Part shown: in pieces, positions 1 to 10,820 of the stretch
Position numbering within the stretch: the stretch's first letter is position 1
Layout: every line of letters begins with the position of its first letter
NCBI GenBank assembly: GCA_964036045.1
Contig: OZ038378.1
Span: 175,832,001 to 175,896,000, forward strand
Source: Eutreptiella sp. 'Long Island Sound 2002'
Lineage: Eukaryota > Protista > Euglenida
Length of the DNA: 64,000 bases
Reading direction: 5' to 3'
Position numbers and translations under genes: made by a program
The notes under the pieces: model-generated
Database searches by the model: none
Seen by the model: the letters and a program-made list of their open reading frames with translations, nothing else
What the model was told of the DNA's origin: nothing

Positions 1-927
1 AATTTATCTATCCGCACAGACAAAAGACACAGGCACAGGCAATGGCAAATGCAGCCACATCTCATGTCCAAATTGAGACAGTGACTAGGTGATGCCAGGT
101 GACTGGGTGATGCTCTCCAGACCAAGTGCAGAAAGCCGTGAGTGTTGTTCATCGTGCTGGGTAGAGAGGCGTTCTACACGCATATGAAATGGTGAGTGTG
201 TACCTGCTGCAATCAAGGGCCTTCCGAGTGTGGGGATAGTACTCTGGTCAGTGAGTACATTGAGGTTCCTGGTGGTGTTGTGCAGTCCTTTTGTGCCTTT
301 CTATGGCTCACAGCTGCAGTTACGTTGTTGGTGTTTTTACACACCGTGCGAAAGCTGCGGCCACGGGGTGTAAGAACCTTATTGCTTTGGGACCTAGGTG
401 TAGTTTGGCGAAAAATAAATAAAGCGATAAATAAAGCAACGATGGTCGCCACCCTCCGGAATCACTCCGGGAACCATATATGGCAAGAAGTCGCCCCCCC
501 GTACCTCCGAGGTACGGGGCGTGTACGGGGGGGGGGGGGGTACGGGGCCATGAGGCAACGGATACTGGGCTCGCATACGCCCCCGTGTCACAGGCGCATG
601 GTCTTCACCACATAGTTCAGTGTTTTGCATTGCTGCACTGCAGCGCAGACCAGTTCTGTACCACTCCAGGTGGCTGCTGATTGTGCTTTGGCCTTGGCCA
701 TCTGTACATTTGGGTCAGCTCGCACCCACTCTCCCACAGTGCCGGTTAGTCTCTAACCCTTGCTCTGCGGGTCTGCTGCGACCTCTTGCTCTCTGGCACG
801 TAAAGACGTGTCATGTTCGATCTCTGGGGGCGCAAAGGCGTCCCAATGTTTCACCATCAAACTATTCAGTTCAATGCTGCAATAGGAGGTACGGGGGGAG
901 GGGGGGGGGTAACGGGAGGGAGGTACG

Positions 928-1715
928 GGGGGGTTTGGCAGTTCACACACAAGGCGATGCACACAGAGGGCGGTGCATACACAAGGCGGTGCACACAAAA
1001 GGCGGTCTGTAGCCACCGCAAGAGTCTTGTTATGTAAGCAGGGGTGCGGGGTTTGGCCCCCGCGTCGAGCGAAGCGAGCTGAGGCAAGGGAAGGTTTGGC
1101 GGTGCACACACCAGGCGGTGCACACACAAGGCGGTGCACACAACAAGCGGTCTGTAGCCACCGCGGGAGTCTTGGGGGAAGTTCTTGCACTGCGTGGGCA
1201 CTGCGTGGGCACTGCGTGGGCACTGCGTGCATACTGCGCATGCAGAGACTGGGATACTCACCCAAGTAATACGGTTGGTGGTGACCATATTATTTCCTCG
1301 GAATCCATTTCAGAAAAAAAGAACAATCCAAAAATATTTGACTATTTATGGAAGCACTTTTCCTTTATAGGAAACCAAGGGCACAAAATCAATGTTTTAC
1401 CACCAAAAGGTAGCTAGGGTGCGAGTATTTGCCGACATCCAAAACTTCGCATTGCGTGCACACTGCGTGCATGGCATTCCCTTGTTATTTAAGCGGGTGC
1501 GGGGGCTGGCCCCCGCGTCGAGCGAAGCGAGCCGAGGCAAGGGAAGGTTTTGCGGTTCACACACAAGGCGGTGCACACACAAGGCAGTGCACACACAAGG
1601 CAGTGCATACACAAGGCGGTGCACACAAAAGGCGGTCTGTGGCCACCGCAGGAGTCTTGTTATTTAAGGGGGGGTGCGGGGGCTGGCCCCCGCGTCGAGC
1701 GAAGCGAGCTGAGGT
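928..1715. repeat. Three tandem copies of a ~160-bp unit; the middle copy is interrupted by a MITE
   Basis: Each unit has CACACACAAGGCGGTG sub-repeats, then GGTCTGT(A/G)GCCACCGC, AGTCTTGTTAT(G/T)TAAG, a GC hairpin and GTCGAGCGAAGCGAG. Units start near 928, 1090 and 1543. Confidence 0.85.
1175..1481. mobile_element. PIF/Harbinger-like MITE, copy 1
   Basis: Ends GGGGAA...TTCCC with 3-bp TSD TTG (1172-1174, 1482-1484). Removing it restores the AGTCTTGTTATTTAAG seen in the neighbouring repeat units. A near-identical copy lies at 10171-10454. Confidence 0.85.
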
Positions 1716-2910
1716 ACAGTTACGGGGGGGATACGGGGGCGAGGCACGGGTGGGGGGCGCAATCATCATTCAAACTGCAACAGTTCTTGTGTTCGAGAGG
1801 ATATGCTAAGGACAATCTAGATGAAGCACAACGTATTCATCCGTCATAAAACTGCATCCATATCTACAATCAAACTGCAACTATCGTGCGTGTTCACCTG
1901 ATGACTTATATATTGGCATGTGCTGCCTTCATGCTACATACTGTGTGTCTTACCTCCCACTGCTACCGTGATCAAGCACTCCTTCGGCTCTCAGTTGCTG
2001 TGGTAGTCCTATGGTGTGTTCTGCCGTGTGTCTGTGTGTTCCATTGCTGTTGCTGTCTCATGGTGCTGTGGTCAGTGCATATGGCTGTAGTGCGTAGTTG
2101 GTGCGAGGGGGCCGGAGGCCCAGCCTCTGGTTTTAAATTTCTGCTTGGACGCTTCGTTCCTGTGTATTGTGGTGCAACAGCAGGGTTTTGCGAGGCACGG
2201 GTGGGGGGGGGGGGTATGGGGGGAGGGGGTACGGGGGGGCAACTTCGTGCAGACTATCCGGGAACATTCATAGGTGTAGCTTCGGCAAGGGAGGCAGGGA
2301 GTACGAATTGCGAACCTGAATTTTCTGGGGTGGTCCGCCAAAGCATACTCTTTGGTACAGCACAGGATTCCGCCAGTGGTACCATCTAGAAAGCTGGATC
2401 ATATTAAGCACACCTCATCAAGCACTAGGCCTATTCCGCTTGCCCAACCCTGGATTCTCCCATCCTGAGCAGATCGCCCAAACGGTAGATTTTTCAATGA
2501 CAGCCTGCTCCCAAATTTGACTGGTCTCAAGCATTTTGCCGCAGTGTTCAGCACACTCGACTTGCTGTCGCCATGGGACAGAATTGTTAAAGCACAACAG
2601 CAACGGACTCAAGAACGTCAAATTGCAACTAGCCATCACAAACAACCAATTCAACACAGCTGCTGCAGTGGGCTCATGAGTTGTGTGCGTGCACATGCAC
2701 ATTTCAGGCTTGGGTGCAAAGGTGCATGTTCTGCATGCGTGCATGCTGTCCTGCACCATGCATACATAGATCTTGTCTCACCAATCAGATTAGATTGGAA
2801 GATAGGGTCCAGGGTGCATAAAACCATGCAGATTGGGATTTGAGGGAACACCACCATGAAACTGTCGCTTTGGCATGCTTGCATTTGACCCTCGAAAAAA
2901 CTCCGCATAC

Positions 2911-3130
2911 CTTGAGCAGTAAGAGACCAAATCGCAGCGAGGGCATGGCTCCACAGTCGGCCCCTCTCTCAAGCATGTCTGACATACACGCCCACCATAA
3001 GGCGCACTCAATGTGTGGGCGAAAGGACTCTCAGTAATGAGTAAATCGCCTGGATCCACGCGCTGTCTGCACACCAAATGCCGCCCCCGCACAGCGTCCT
3101 GTTGGAGAGCTACACATGTGGAGAGGATGG
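2911..3130 (-). CDS. Internal exon of a SET+MYND (SMYD-like) lysine methyltransferase gene; other exons not resolved
   Basis: Translates as ILSTCVALQQDAVRGRHLVCRQRVDPGDLLITESPFA (SET N-terminal motif GRxLV...GDLL.E.P) followed by CQTC...CPRCDLVSYCS (MYND finger). Bounded by CTACAG| and AG|GTATGC. Confidence 0.75.
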
Positions 3131-4604
3131 CTGTAGCCATCAAGAAGGCATTTATGCCACGTCCTTGAAAACAATGCAGAGTGGTAGCCCTGGACAGTGC
3201 AGCCTAGAGACGGCAAACTTCACTAGCGAAAACTACACTACCATGACCCCCCCCCCTATGGTGCGTCCTTTGGCCTCGGTATTGTATCCTGCCCATAAAA
3301 ATGAGCATGGCTGAGAATGCACAGCTTCCACCCCCACTCAGTGGCGCTGAATCAGTACATTCCCTTACTGTAGATCCCGATGACAGTACCCTAGAAATCG
3401 GGTCGCCTGGGTTCCACTTTGATGGTACGAAATGTAGCCTCAACCGCAATCCACTCCAGTTCACGGCATGTTTGTTGTATGCGCCGTAGCATTCCCCCCT
3501 CCGTCCCGATGATGCATTTTTGTTCTCCTCAGCGGTACAGTTCAAATAGTCCAAATTGCAAGCAGATTGTCCACTCCCACACTCTCTCACGCTCTTTCCG
3601 ACCCTGCTACGGTGCAAGCTTAATAGCTTGTTTGACCCCGCGTAGTTCAGCTCCTCACTGGTTCCATACCAAACTGGAGGTCCCATAGTTGTATGCCCAC
3701 ATCCGCACCCCATAATCCTTCCGACCATATAAGGTGATACTGTGCTCTGCCACATCCACAAAGCAATCAATGTCCTTTCTCCACGTACCACTCTAGCCAC
3801 CCCATGCCGAGTGTATAGGGAAGTTGAGTGGACCGCCCGGGAGAGAAAACAATGCCCCAAACCAGTGGACCCACGGTCCGGCTTATGAAGGGACTGGAAA
3901 CAACATGCTAGATGCCGCCTCGAAGCTGGGATGGTATCATTTGGTGTTGGTCATATCTTGTGGTAGCCAGCCTAAGCCATAGGTTTAGTGTGCCCCCCAC
4001 GTATGATGCCCATGACTCGATTCTCCACATGTCCCCATGTAGGATCTTGCCCATCTACATTGCATGTTGTGACTTTATGCTCATGATCCAAACATGCGTC
4101 CTGGGTATCTCTGCCAGCAGGCCATGGCCTGTTCCACATCCGCGCAGTGCTCAAAACCAGTATGTTACCGATTATTGTGGCAGTATTCTTGCAGTGTGTG
4201 CACATTGTCACAGTGTGTGGGCATTATATGCATATTTGGTAAAAGTCACGAGATACGAAACCCTGTAAAACCACCCAACACCTCTGTGTAGCAAGGAAAG
4301 GTAAGCAACATGATCATGTTTAAAAATCTGCCATCTCCAAATGCAAAACAAGGTTCTCCATCCGTGCATGATCTATTGATAGATATTTGGTCCACATCAG
4401 TCCTGTCCGAGCATTGTATTCAACCCACCAACCAGACTTTAATTTTTATGTATGACTGCAGGGCCGTTGGCGTCATGTGATTCTCCATTCTCATCATAGG
4501 ACAACAAGGGTTGGAGGTGGGTGCAAAGAGGGTGGATCAGGGGTGAACCAGGGGGAAAAGAGTGAACAAAAAGTGGGCAGAGTGCCCCATGCGCCCCTAA
4601 AGTA

Positions 4605-4708
4605 CCCCCCCCCCCCTGTCCTAGCTACGCAAAAGTCCCAAATTAACACGGTCCCTACGCCTACTGTAGCTTGGACAAGGGCATAGCTAGGACAAAGGGG
4701 GGGGGGGG
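4605..4708. mobile_element. 104-bp MITE with poly(C)/poly(G) termini and TA TSD
   Basis: TA-C12-TGTCCTAGCTACGC ... GCATAGCTAGGACAAA-G12-TA. The internal GGTCCCTACGCCTACTGTAGCTTGGACAAGGGC is shared with 8428-8788. Confidence 0.75.
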
Positions 4709-6334
4709 TAGCTACGTAACAATTGCGCATCCACTGTGTCCGCCAAAACCCTCCACAACCACCAAACACCCTTTCGAAAGCCCCCTCCCATACATGGATG
4801 CCATCAATAGAATTAGACCCACTTTCCACCCAAAAACCCCGGTAAATTGTGGAAAACACCCAAAACTAGGCGCGGTGCACACCGTGTGAACAACATTCCT
4901 TGTACCACATCCACGCCCTATAGAACTACCTTGCAGTCAATCAGGCCACAAGCTAGACGGCCATTACGGGGCTGTGTGCCATCCAAAGCGAAGGCTGCGG
5001 AATCCAAACACTCCGTGGTCCAACTCCACCTTTCTTTTTGTAATGTGGCCAATGTATAGATGTACATATTGAGATCAAGGCAGTCTAGCGCTCCCAACGA
5101 CAGCACGTGCCGAGTGGAAGCAACAGTGAAACACATCAACATAGACAGACAAATGCAAAAATGTATGCCCCCCATTCAAAGCTTTGCAAGGGGTTACCAC
5201 ACGTGAGAGTCATTGCGTATTGCACAGGCAGTGAATCCCTAATACAATTGGCAAAATGCTGGAACATGTTGTGTACCACTAATGGGTAACACCTAGTGAT
5301 CTGGAACCCTCTGCCCTATGTTACGTTTCCCGCATGAGTGGTGGTGAGCACCCTCCAAACTCCACCGTCTTGGGAAAAACTTTGTGTGGAGCTCGCTAGT
5401 GACACCAAGGGGCAGAAGCAGCACTTGTGAGCAGCAAGTGTCCCACATTCTTCTAGAAAAATCCATTTGTCCCCCAGCACCTCCTTACCTCACACACTCT
5501 GGGTGTTTCTCTTACCTAGGCCCTGCTATGGGGCCTAGGCAGTGATTCGCAATGGGGATGTGTCCCAGCAAGGCCCCTGCTCCATGTGCTGCTACCACCA
5601 ACGTCAAGCCCCCCCCCCCCCCGCTCTTGGGGGGTGGTCCATCTATTCCTTGAAGTACCACCGTGTACTCCCAACACCACATCTGCTGCCGCTAATCCCG
5701 TTAGCACGGTCCCCATGTGAGCTCTATGTTCCTCCTGTTCCTCCATACCTGGCAATTGCACAATGCACCAATGGAGGAAACGGCCTTTCTTGATAGGTGC
5801 GGGACCTCATAGCCCTAGTGTGGCGTGTCTAACGATCGCCATCACCTTGTGGCTTTTGCTGGCCCCAAACATCAATTCCATGCTATGGTTGCCAATTGAG
5901 TCCAATCATGCCATATATACAAACATCCATATGTACAAACAGCCGTTGATCCAACCACGCAACCCAACCTTCTCCCTCGGCCTTACCCCTGCTTACAGAC
6001 TTTGGCTCCGCACCATAAGGTCCACTGAGTCCAATGGTCCAATGGTGTGTGACAACACTCCAAGTCCTAGCCGAGCGCCTGCCTTTGTTCTTTCTATGCA
6101 TAGTGTAGTTCTCCATGACGTGACCTCAACACAATTTGAGAGATTCTTGTTTTTTTTCATCAAATAGGCCAAATGTTAAAGTGCTGGGGCCTCAAGGGCA
6201 AGTTCGTGTTGGGCATAATACAGATTTCAGCAGTGCTAGGGTTTGCACACAAATCGCCGCTCTTGCTTGGACCCCCATAGGTTCCCGTAGGTGGCTTCCT
6301 GCAGGGTCATGGTGTTGCTGCTGGATCACACATA

Positions 6335-7088
6335 GGGGGCGTTGTCGCACGGTGCGCGCACGGTGCGTGCACGGTGCGCGCACGGTTCAATGTTTTTGGG
6401 ATGGTTGCCCAACTTGTACCCCGTTGAATGGCCCCCATAGAAACACACCCAGGGTCCTGATTTTTGCACCTTGCAGTCCATACTGGCATACCAAGATTCT
6501 TCAATTTTTAGTCTGATGCTTGGCACAGGTTCCAGGGTCCTATTTTCTGCACCCTGCAGCCCCTATTGGCGTACCGGGAACTTTCTTTTTGAATCTGATG
6601 CTTGTCACAGGTTCCAGGCTCCCAATTTCTGCACCTTGCACGCACCTCCGTAACAAACCATGCACAGGCGACAACACAGGCGGGGGGCTTCTAGCTCATG
6701 ATCATCAATTCTAGGGGCTTCAGCTTCCACTTCAAGTAATTGGGGCTCCAGCAAAGCGTCCATCGGCGCCTCATGGTGCACAGGTTGGGGGGAATCGGGG
6801 CTCTCAGCAGTCACAATTGCAAACTCCAACCGCTCCTCGGGTGCATGCTCGTACAAGAACTCTTCACCACCCAATTCGTACCGAATAGAGACGCAACACC
6901 CACCTCTTGGAGAAGGGCCAACGGCAGTGGCCGACACCCTATCCTTGTTGGAGCGGTGGTAGTACACAAGCAGTCCGGCGACAAGCCAGGGCAGCTCAGA
7001 TTCAGGCATTGTGGATCTGGTGGACACAGAATACGCAAAAGGACGCACGGTGCGTGCACGGTGCGCGCACGGTTCAGGCAACACCCCC
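6335..7088. mobile_element. PIF/Harbinger-like non-autonomous element (754 bp)
   Basis: GGGGGCGTTGTC ... GGCAACACCCCC with TSD ATA (6332-6334, 7089-7091). GCACGGTGCG(C/T) repeats sit at both ends. Confidence 0.8.
6605..7009 (-). CDS. Element-borne 134-aa ORF: SH3/Tudor-like N-terminus, acidic linker, Cys-rich tail
   Basis: MPESELPWLVAGLLVYYHRSNKDRVSATAVG...ERLEFAI aligns by eye with the ORF at 7370-7690. It lies wholly inside element 6335-7088. Confidence 0.5.
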   Translation of the reverse strand: MPESELPWLVAGLLVYYHRSNKDRVSATAVGPSPRGGCCVSIRYELGGEEFLYEHAPEERLEFAIVTAESPDSPQPVHHEAPMDALLEPQLLEVEAEAPRIDDHELEAPRLCCRLCMVCYGGACKVQKLGAWNL

Positions 7089-7261
7089 ATATGGGGGCGT
7101 TTTCGCACAGCGCGCGCACAGCACCAATTATTACGTTGTGTATCCCGGGAGCACCCCTGAAAACCACCCACCTACAGGAGTGTGCATGATCCATTCAAAA
7201 CAGCATTGGGGGTGCACAATTCAATTCAGGACCGTGGGACCCGTGGCAAGCACTAGACTAA

Positions 7262-8004
7262 GGGGGAGTCCTTGCACTGCGCGCGCACTGCGCGCACAAT
7301 GCGCGCTACTTTTAGACTATGTTCCCCCCAAAGAGCCCCTGGGCACGCCCCTTGGAAACACCCTTAGAATTAGGCGACCCAAACTGGATTGGAGGGGACC
7401 TTGAGGGGGGTCTTCCCCGTTCTTGTGGCATGGTGAAGGACTCGGGGCCTTTGGGGGGAAACTTGACTATGTGTTGGCAGCGGAGATGGAGGGCAGTCAG
7501 GTGGCGAGTCTGAACTTGGGATGGCAAAGGAGATGGACTCCATCTTGCATTGCAGATTCACCACTCTCAACCCATCTTGGTAGCATTCCAAGTGGAGGAG
7601 TCCGTCTTCAACCGTCCCAACCACCGTGGTAGGAGGTCGCAGGCCATTGGAGCGGGTGTAGAACACCTTATCCTCAATACTGAGACCCATGGAGAAAATG
7701 GGCCTGAGAAATGAGGAGGGAAGTATGATGTCCTTTAGCAGGCACCCTCATAGGGTATCACCATATCAATCAACCAAGAAAAAGAGTAGATTTGGTGGAA
7801 ATGGGCAAAAAATGTGTGGAAAAAAGTAGAAATGTGTGAAACAAGGTGAACATCCAAAAATGCCAGATCCCCAATGCATCAAAACCTACTACCAAACAAA
7901 AATGATGCCCAAAGTACCACAAAGTATGGGCCTCTACTACGGCCAAACGCCCAAATAGTTGCATTGCGCGCGCACTGCACGCGCACTGCGCTTAAGGCGC
8001 CCCC
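7262..8004. mobile_element. Nested PIF/Harbinger-like element (743 bp)
   Basis: GGGGGAGTCCTTGCACTGCG ... AAGGCGCCCCC with the canonical Harbinger TSD TAA (7259-7261, 8005-8007). Confidence 0.8.
7370..7690 (-). CDS. Element-borne 106-aa ORF with SH3/Tudor-like N-terminus
   Basis: MGLSIEDKVFYTRSNGLRPPTTVVG...ESISFAIPSSDSP is homologous by eye to the 6605-7009 ORF. Confidence 0.5.
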   Translation of the reverse strand: MGLSIEDKVFYTRSNGLRPPTTVVGTVEDGLLHLECYQDGLRVVNLQCKMESISFAIPSSDSPPDCPPSPLPTHSQVSPQRPRVLHHATRTGKTPLKVPSNPVWVA

Positions 8005-8427
8005 TAAAACAAAAAATGGTGTACCAGCAGGGGCTGTAGGGTGCAGAATTGAGGACCCTGGAACCCGTGGCTACCGGTGGTGAAAAACAGCTGACTTTTC
8101 GCATAGCGCGGGCACAGCACGGGCACAGCACACGGTGTGCCCCCTATGTGATGTGTTGGGTGAGGTCTATGTTGGTGGCCTAGTCTGGTCCAGTCTGGTC
8201 CAGTCGTGTCTTGTATGACGAAGACGCTCTATGTCCTAGTCTATGGAGCGGGATTTCCCACTCCGTTGGGTCCTAGTTATGTTGTGTTGTTTGGGTAGTG
8301 GATGTAATGGAATGTCCCACAAAGTGGGGTCCCACATTTCCCTAGGTCGTTTCCGTTGTAAGCACTGTTGCTGTCACATTGGTCGCGTGTTTGTGTCGTT
8401 TAGGTCGTGTAGTGCCCGGTACGCATA

Positions 8428-8788
8428 CCCCCCCCCCTTGTATCAGCTACGCCAATGTACACAATTATTACAGTCCCTACACCTACTGTAGCTTGGGCAA
8501 GGGCGTGGCTTGCGCGTAATACATACAACTGCCGACACACACGTGCGCAGGCTACATGTGCTGAAATTGGCAACTCAGGACCTATGGGATGTATAAGACT
8601 AGAAAAAAAAAATCCTAGTGCACCAGCAGGGGGCCACATGTGCTGAAATTGGCAAATGTGACGACACACCCATGTCTTATGTGGCCACACTACATTTCGT
8701 ACGCAATCAAATTACGTACAAAATTATTACGGTCCCTACGCCTACTGTAGCTTGGACAAGGGCGTAGCTTATACAAGGGGGGGGGGGG
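8428..8788. mobile_element. Poly(C)/poly(G)-ended MITE (361 bp)
   Basis: TA-C10-TTGTATCAGCTACGCC ... GGCGTAGCTTATACAA-G12. The right flank is CT, so the TSD is imperfect. An internal ~45-bp direct repeat occurs at about 8463 and 8721. Confidence 0.7.
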
Positions 8789-9368
8789 CTCTTCCAGCAA
8801 CAGGCGGTCGGACTAGGCCTCTTGCTGGTGGTACAACAATAGTAGGTGGCGCTTGTGCGTTGTTCCATGCGCTTGCAGGTATTGCAGGTGGGTAGTGTAT
8901 CGGCAGGCGAGGTGTATCGCAGCTACACCATCTGCATACAGTGGTGCACCCGTTGCTTGTTTCATTGTTGTGTAGGTGTCCATGGTGACTGCGCGCTACC
9001 GTGCGTACCGGCACTAGTTTTAGTGGGTTGATCAGGACCTGTAGCTGTGAGGTGAGCAGTGTGTGGTAAGTCCGTTTTGCCCCAATGGCTTTGTCGTATA
9101 AATCCCTAAGGTGTCTCAAGTGCCCCATGGCGTGCTCATATGTGGCGGTGTACTAATAGACCTTGGTGACCGCACGTAGGTGTCTCATCGTGAGGTCCTC
9201 CATGTTGGTGAGGTGTGGGGTGAGCCGCGCGCCGAGCTCATAACGGGAATGTTTGTTACACATTGCTGGTAGGGAGACTGGCGTAGACTAGTTTATGTAA
9301 CCATTGTATGGTGTCGTCATTTTTGGCTTGGCATGACTCCTAGAGCCACGTGTCAACGTCTATGACCG

Positions 9369-9424
9369 GTGGATCGTCGTTGACGTCTTGGTTTCGTGGA
9401 TCGTCGTTGACGTCTTGGTTTCGT
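9369..9424. repeat. 27-bp tandem duplication
   Basis: GTGGATCGTCGTTGACGTCTTGGTTTC occurs twice in tandem. Confidence 0.9.
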
Positions 9425-10170
9425 TTTCATTGTGCTCTTGATGGTCACGTAGGTTCTGTAGGGTTTCTCGTGGTGTGGCCTGTAAATTGAGTGATCCACG
9501 GGGGCGGGTGGTGGCGGAGGTGATGGGGGCAGGTCCGGTGTAGGGTCCACCAATGTTCGGCGGAGTCCTCGTACCCCCTACAGGGCCCGGAACTAGAAAA
9601 GGCCGACCACGGCGCGGAACTTGTAACGTTCCTATTGCAAAAAAGTCTCAACCAGTGATAACGGGATGAGGAGACGTGTGCAGAGCCACTTCTCGTGGTG
9701 TGTTGCTGTCTGCAACTAGGTTTGAGCTTGGTAGGTCCAATCATTCCACCATTCCCAGTCAACCAGAAAATAGACCATGAGGCACAGTGGGCCAAAGCAT
9801 AGGCAACAATCCGTTGTGGCGTGATCCGTAGAGCCGTAGTGTGGTGGAATGTGCGCCCATGGTGCCCCGTGACCCCACCAGTGTACCAAGGTGCTAGTAT
9901 GCATGATACATTGTGGCGTGATCAGCATGTGACCCGAAAACTGTTCTATAAATAACCCTAACCTAGACTATAAAGCGTTGCCTTGTGTCCTATCCAAACT
10001 CTGCAGGGTTGTTCTTGCACTTGCCTGTCAATTTCTAGCGCCACCCCTTGTCCTCTTTTCGCGCTTTAAAGACAATGTCTACCTGGTGTGTGAACATTCC
10101 CCGTGACATTATGTCTTTGCTACATGACGGACTCATGCATCTGTTGCGCCTCATGTACGGGTTGAACCTA

Positions 10171-10454
10171 GGGGAAATTCTTGCACTGCGTGGGCACTGC
10201 GTGCGTACTGCGCATGCAGAGGCTAGGATACTCACCCAAGTAATACGGTTGGTGGTGACCATATTATTTCCTCGGAATCCATTTCACAAAAAAGAACAAT
10301 CCAAAAATATTTGACTATTTATGGAAGCACTTTTCCTTTATGGGAAACCAATGGCACAAAATCAATGTTTTACCACCAAAAGGTAGCTCGGGTGCGAGTA
10401 TTTGCCGACATCCAAAACTTCGCATTGTGTGCACACTGCGTGCATGGCATTCCC
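10171..10454. mobile_element. PIF/Harbinger-like MITE, copy 2 (same family as 1175-1481)
   Basis: GGGGAAATTCTTGCACTGCG ... GGCATTCCC with TSD CTA (10168-10170, 10455-10457). The body is nearly identical to 1175-1481. Confidence 0.85.
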
Positions 10455-10591
10455 CTAAAGTGGGAAACCCATGGTGACCTGCATGCACACTGCGTGCATG
10501 GCATTCCCCTGAAGTGGGAAACCCATGGTGAACTGGTGACCTGAGGGGAGGGCAAGCTGGGGACAACACTTGATGGTGGTGTGATTCTGTT

Positions 10592-10820
10592 GCGCAAATC
10601 TTGTACCCTATCTTTGGATGTTGGGGTATTGCAGTGAGAATGGGGAACATGGGTGGATAAGGGCAGGATGCACAGCAAGTTGGTGTGGCAATTGCATTTT
10701 GCTGGAGCGCAAATCTTGTACCCTATCTTTGGATGTTGGGGTATTGCAGTATGAATGGGGAACATGGGTGGATAAGGGCAGGATGGAGAGCAAGTTGGTG
10801 TGGCAATTGCACTTTGCAGG
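10592..10820. repeat. 115-bp tandem duplication
   Basis: GCGCAAATCTTGTACCCTATCTTTGGATGTTGGGG... starts at 10592 and again at 10707. Confidence 0.85.

Larger units (their letters stand above)
7093..8144. mobile_element. PIF/Harbinger-like element hosting a nested copy
   Basis: GGGGGCGTTTTCGCACAGCG ... GGTGTGCCCCC with TSD TAT (7090-7092, 8145-8147). GCACAGC repeats at both ends. Confidence 0.75.

Noticed and set aside
8790-9960. Degraded minus-strand ORF (...MRHLRAVTKVY*...MGHLRHLRDLYDKAIG...) as a retroelement gag
   Set aside because: Interrupted by stops, no diagnostic motif, and no LTR or TSD identified.
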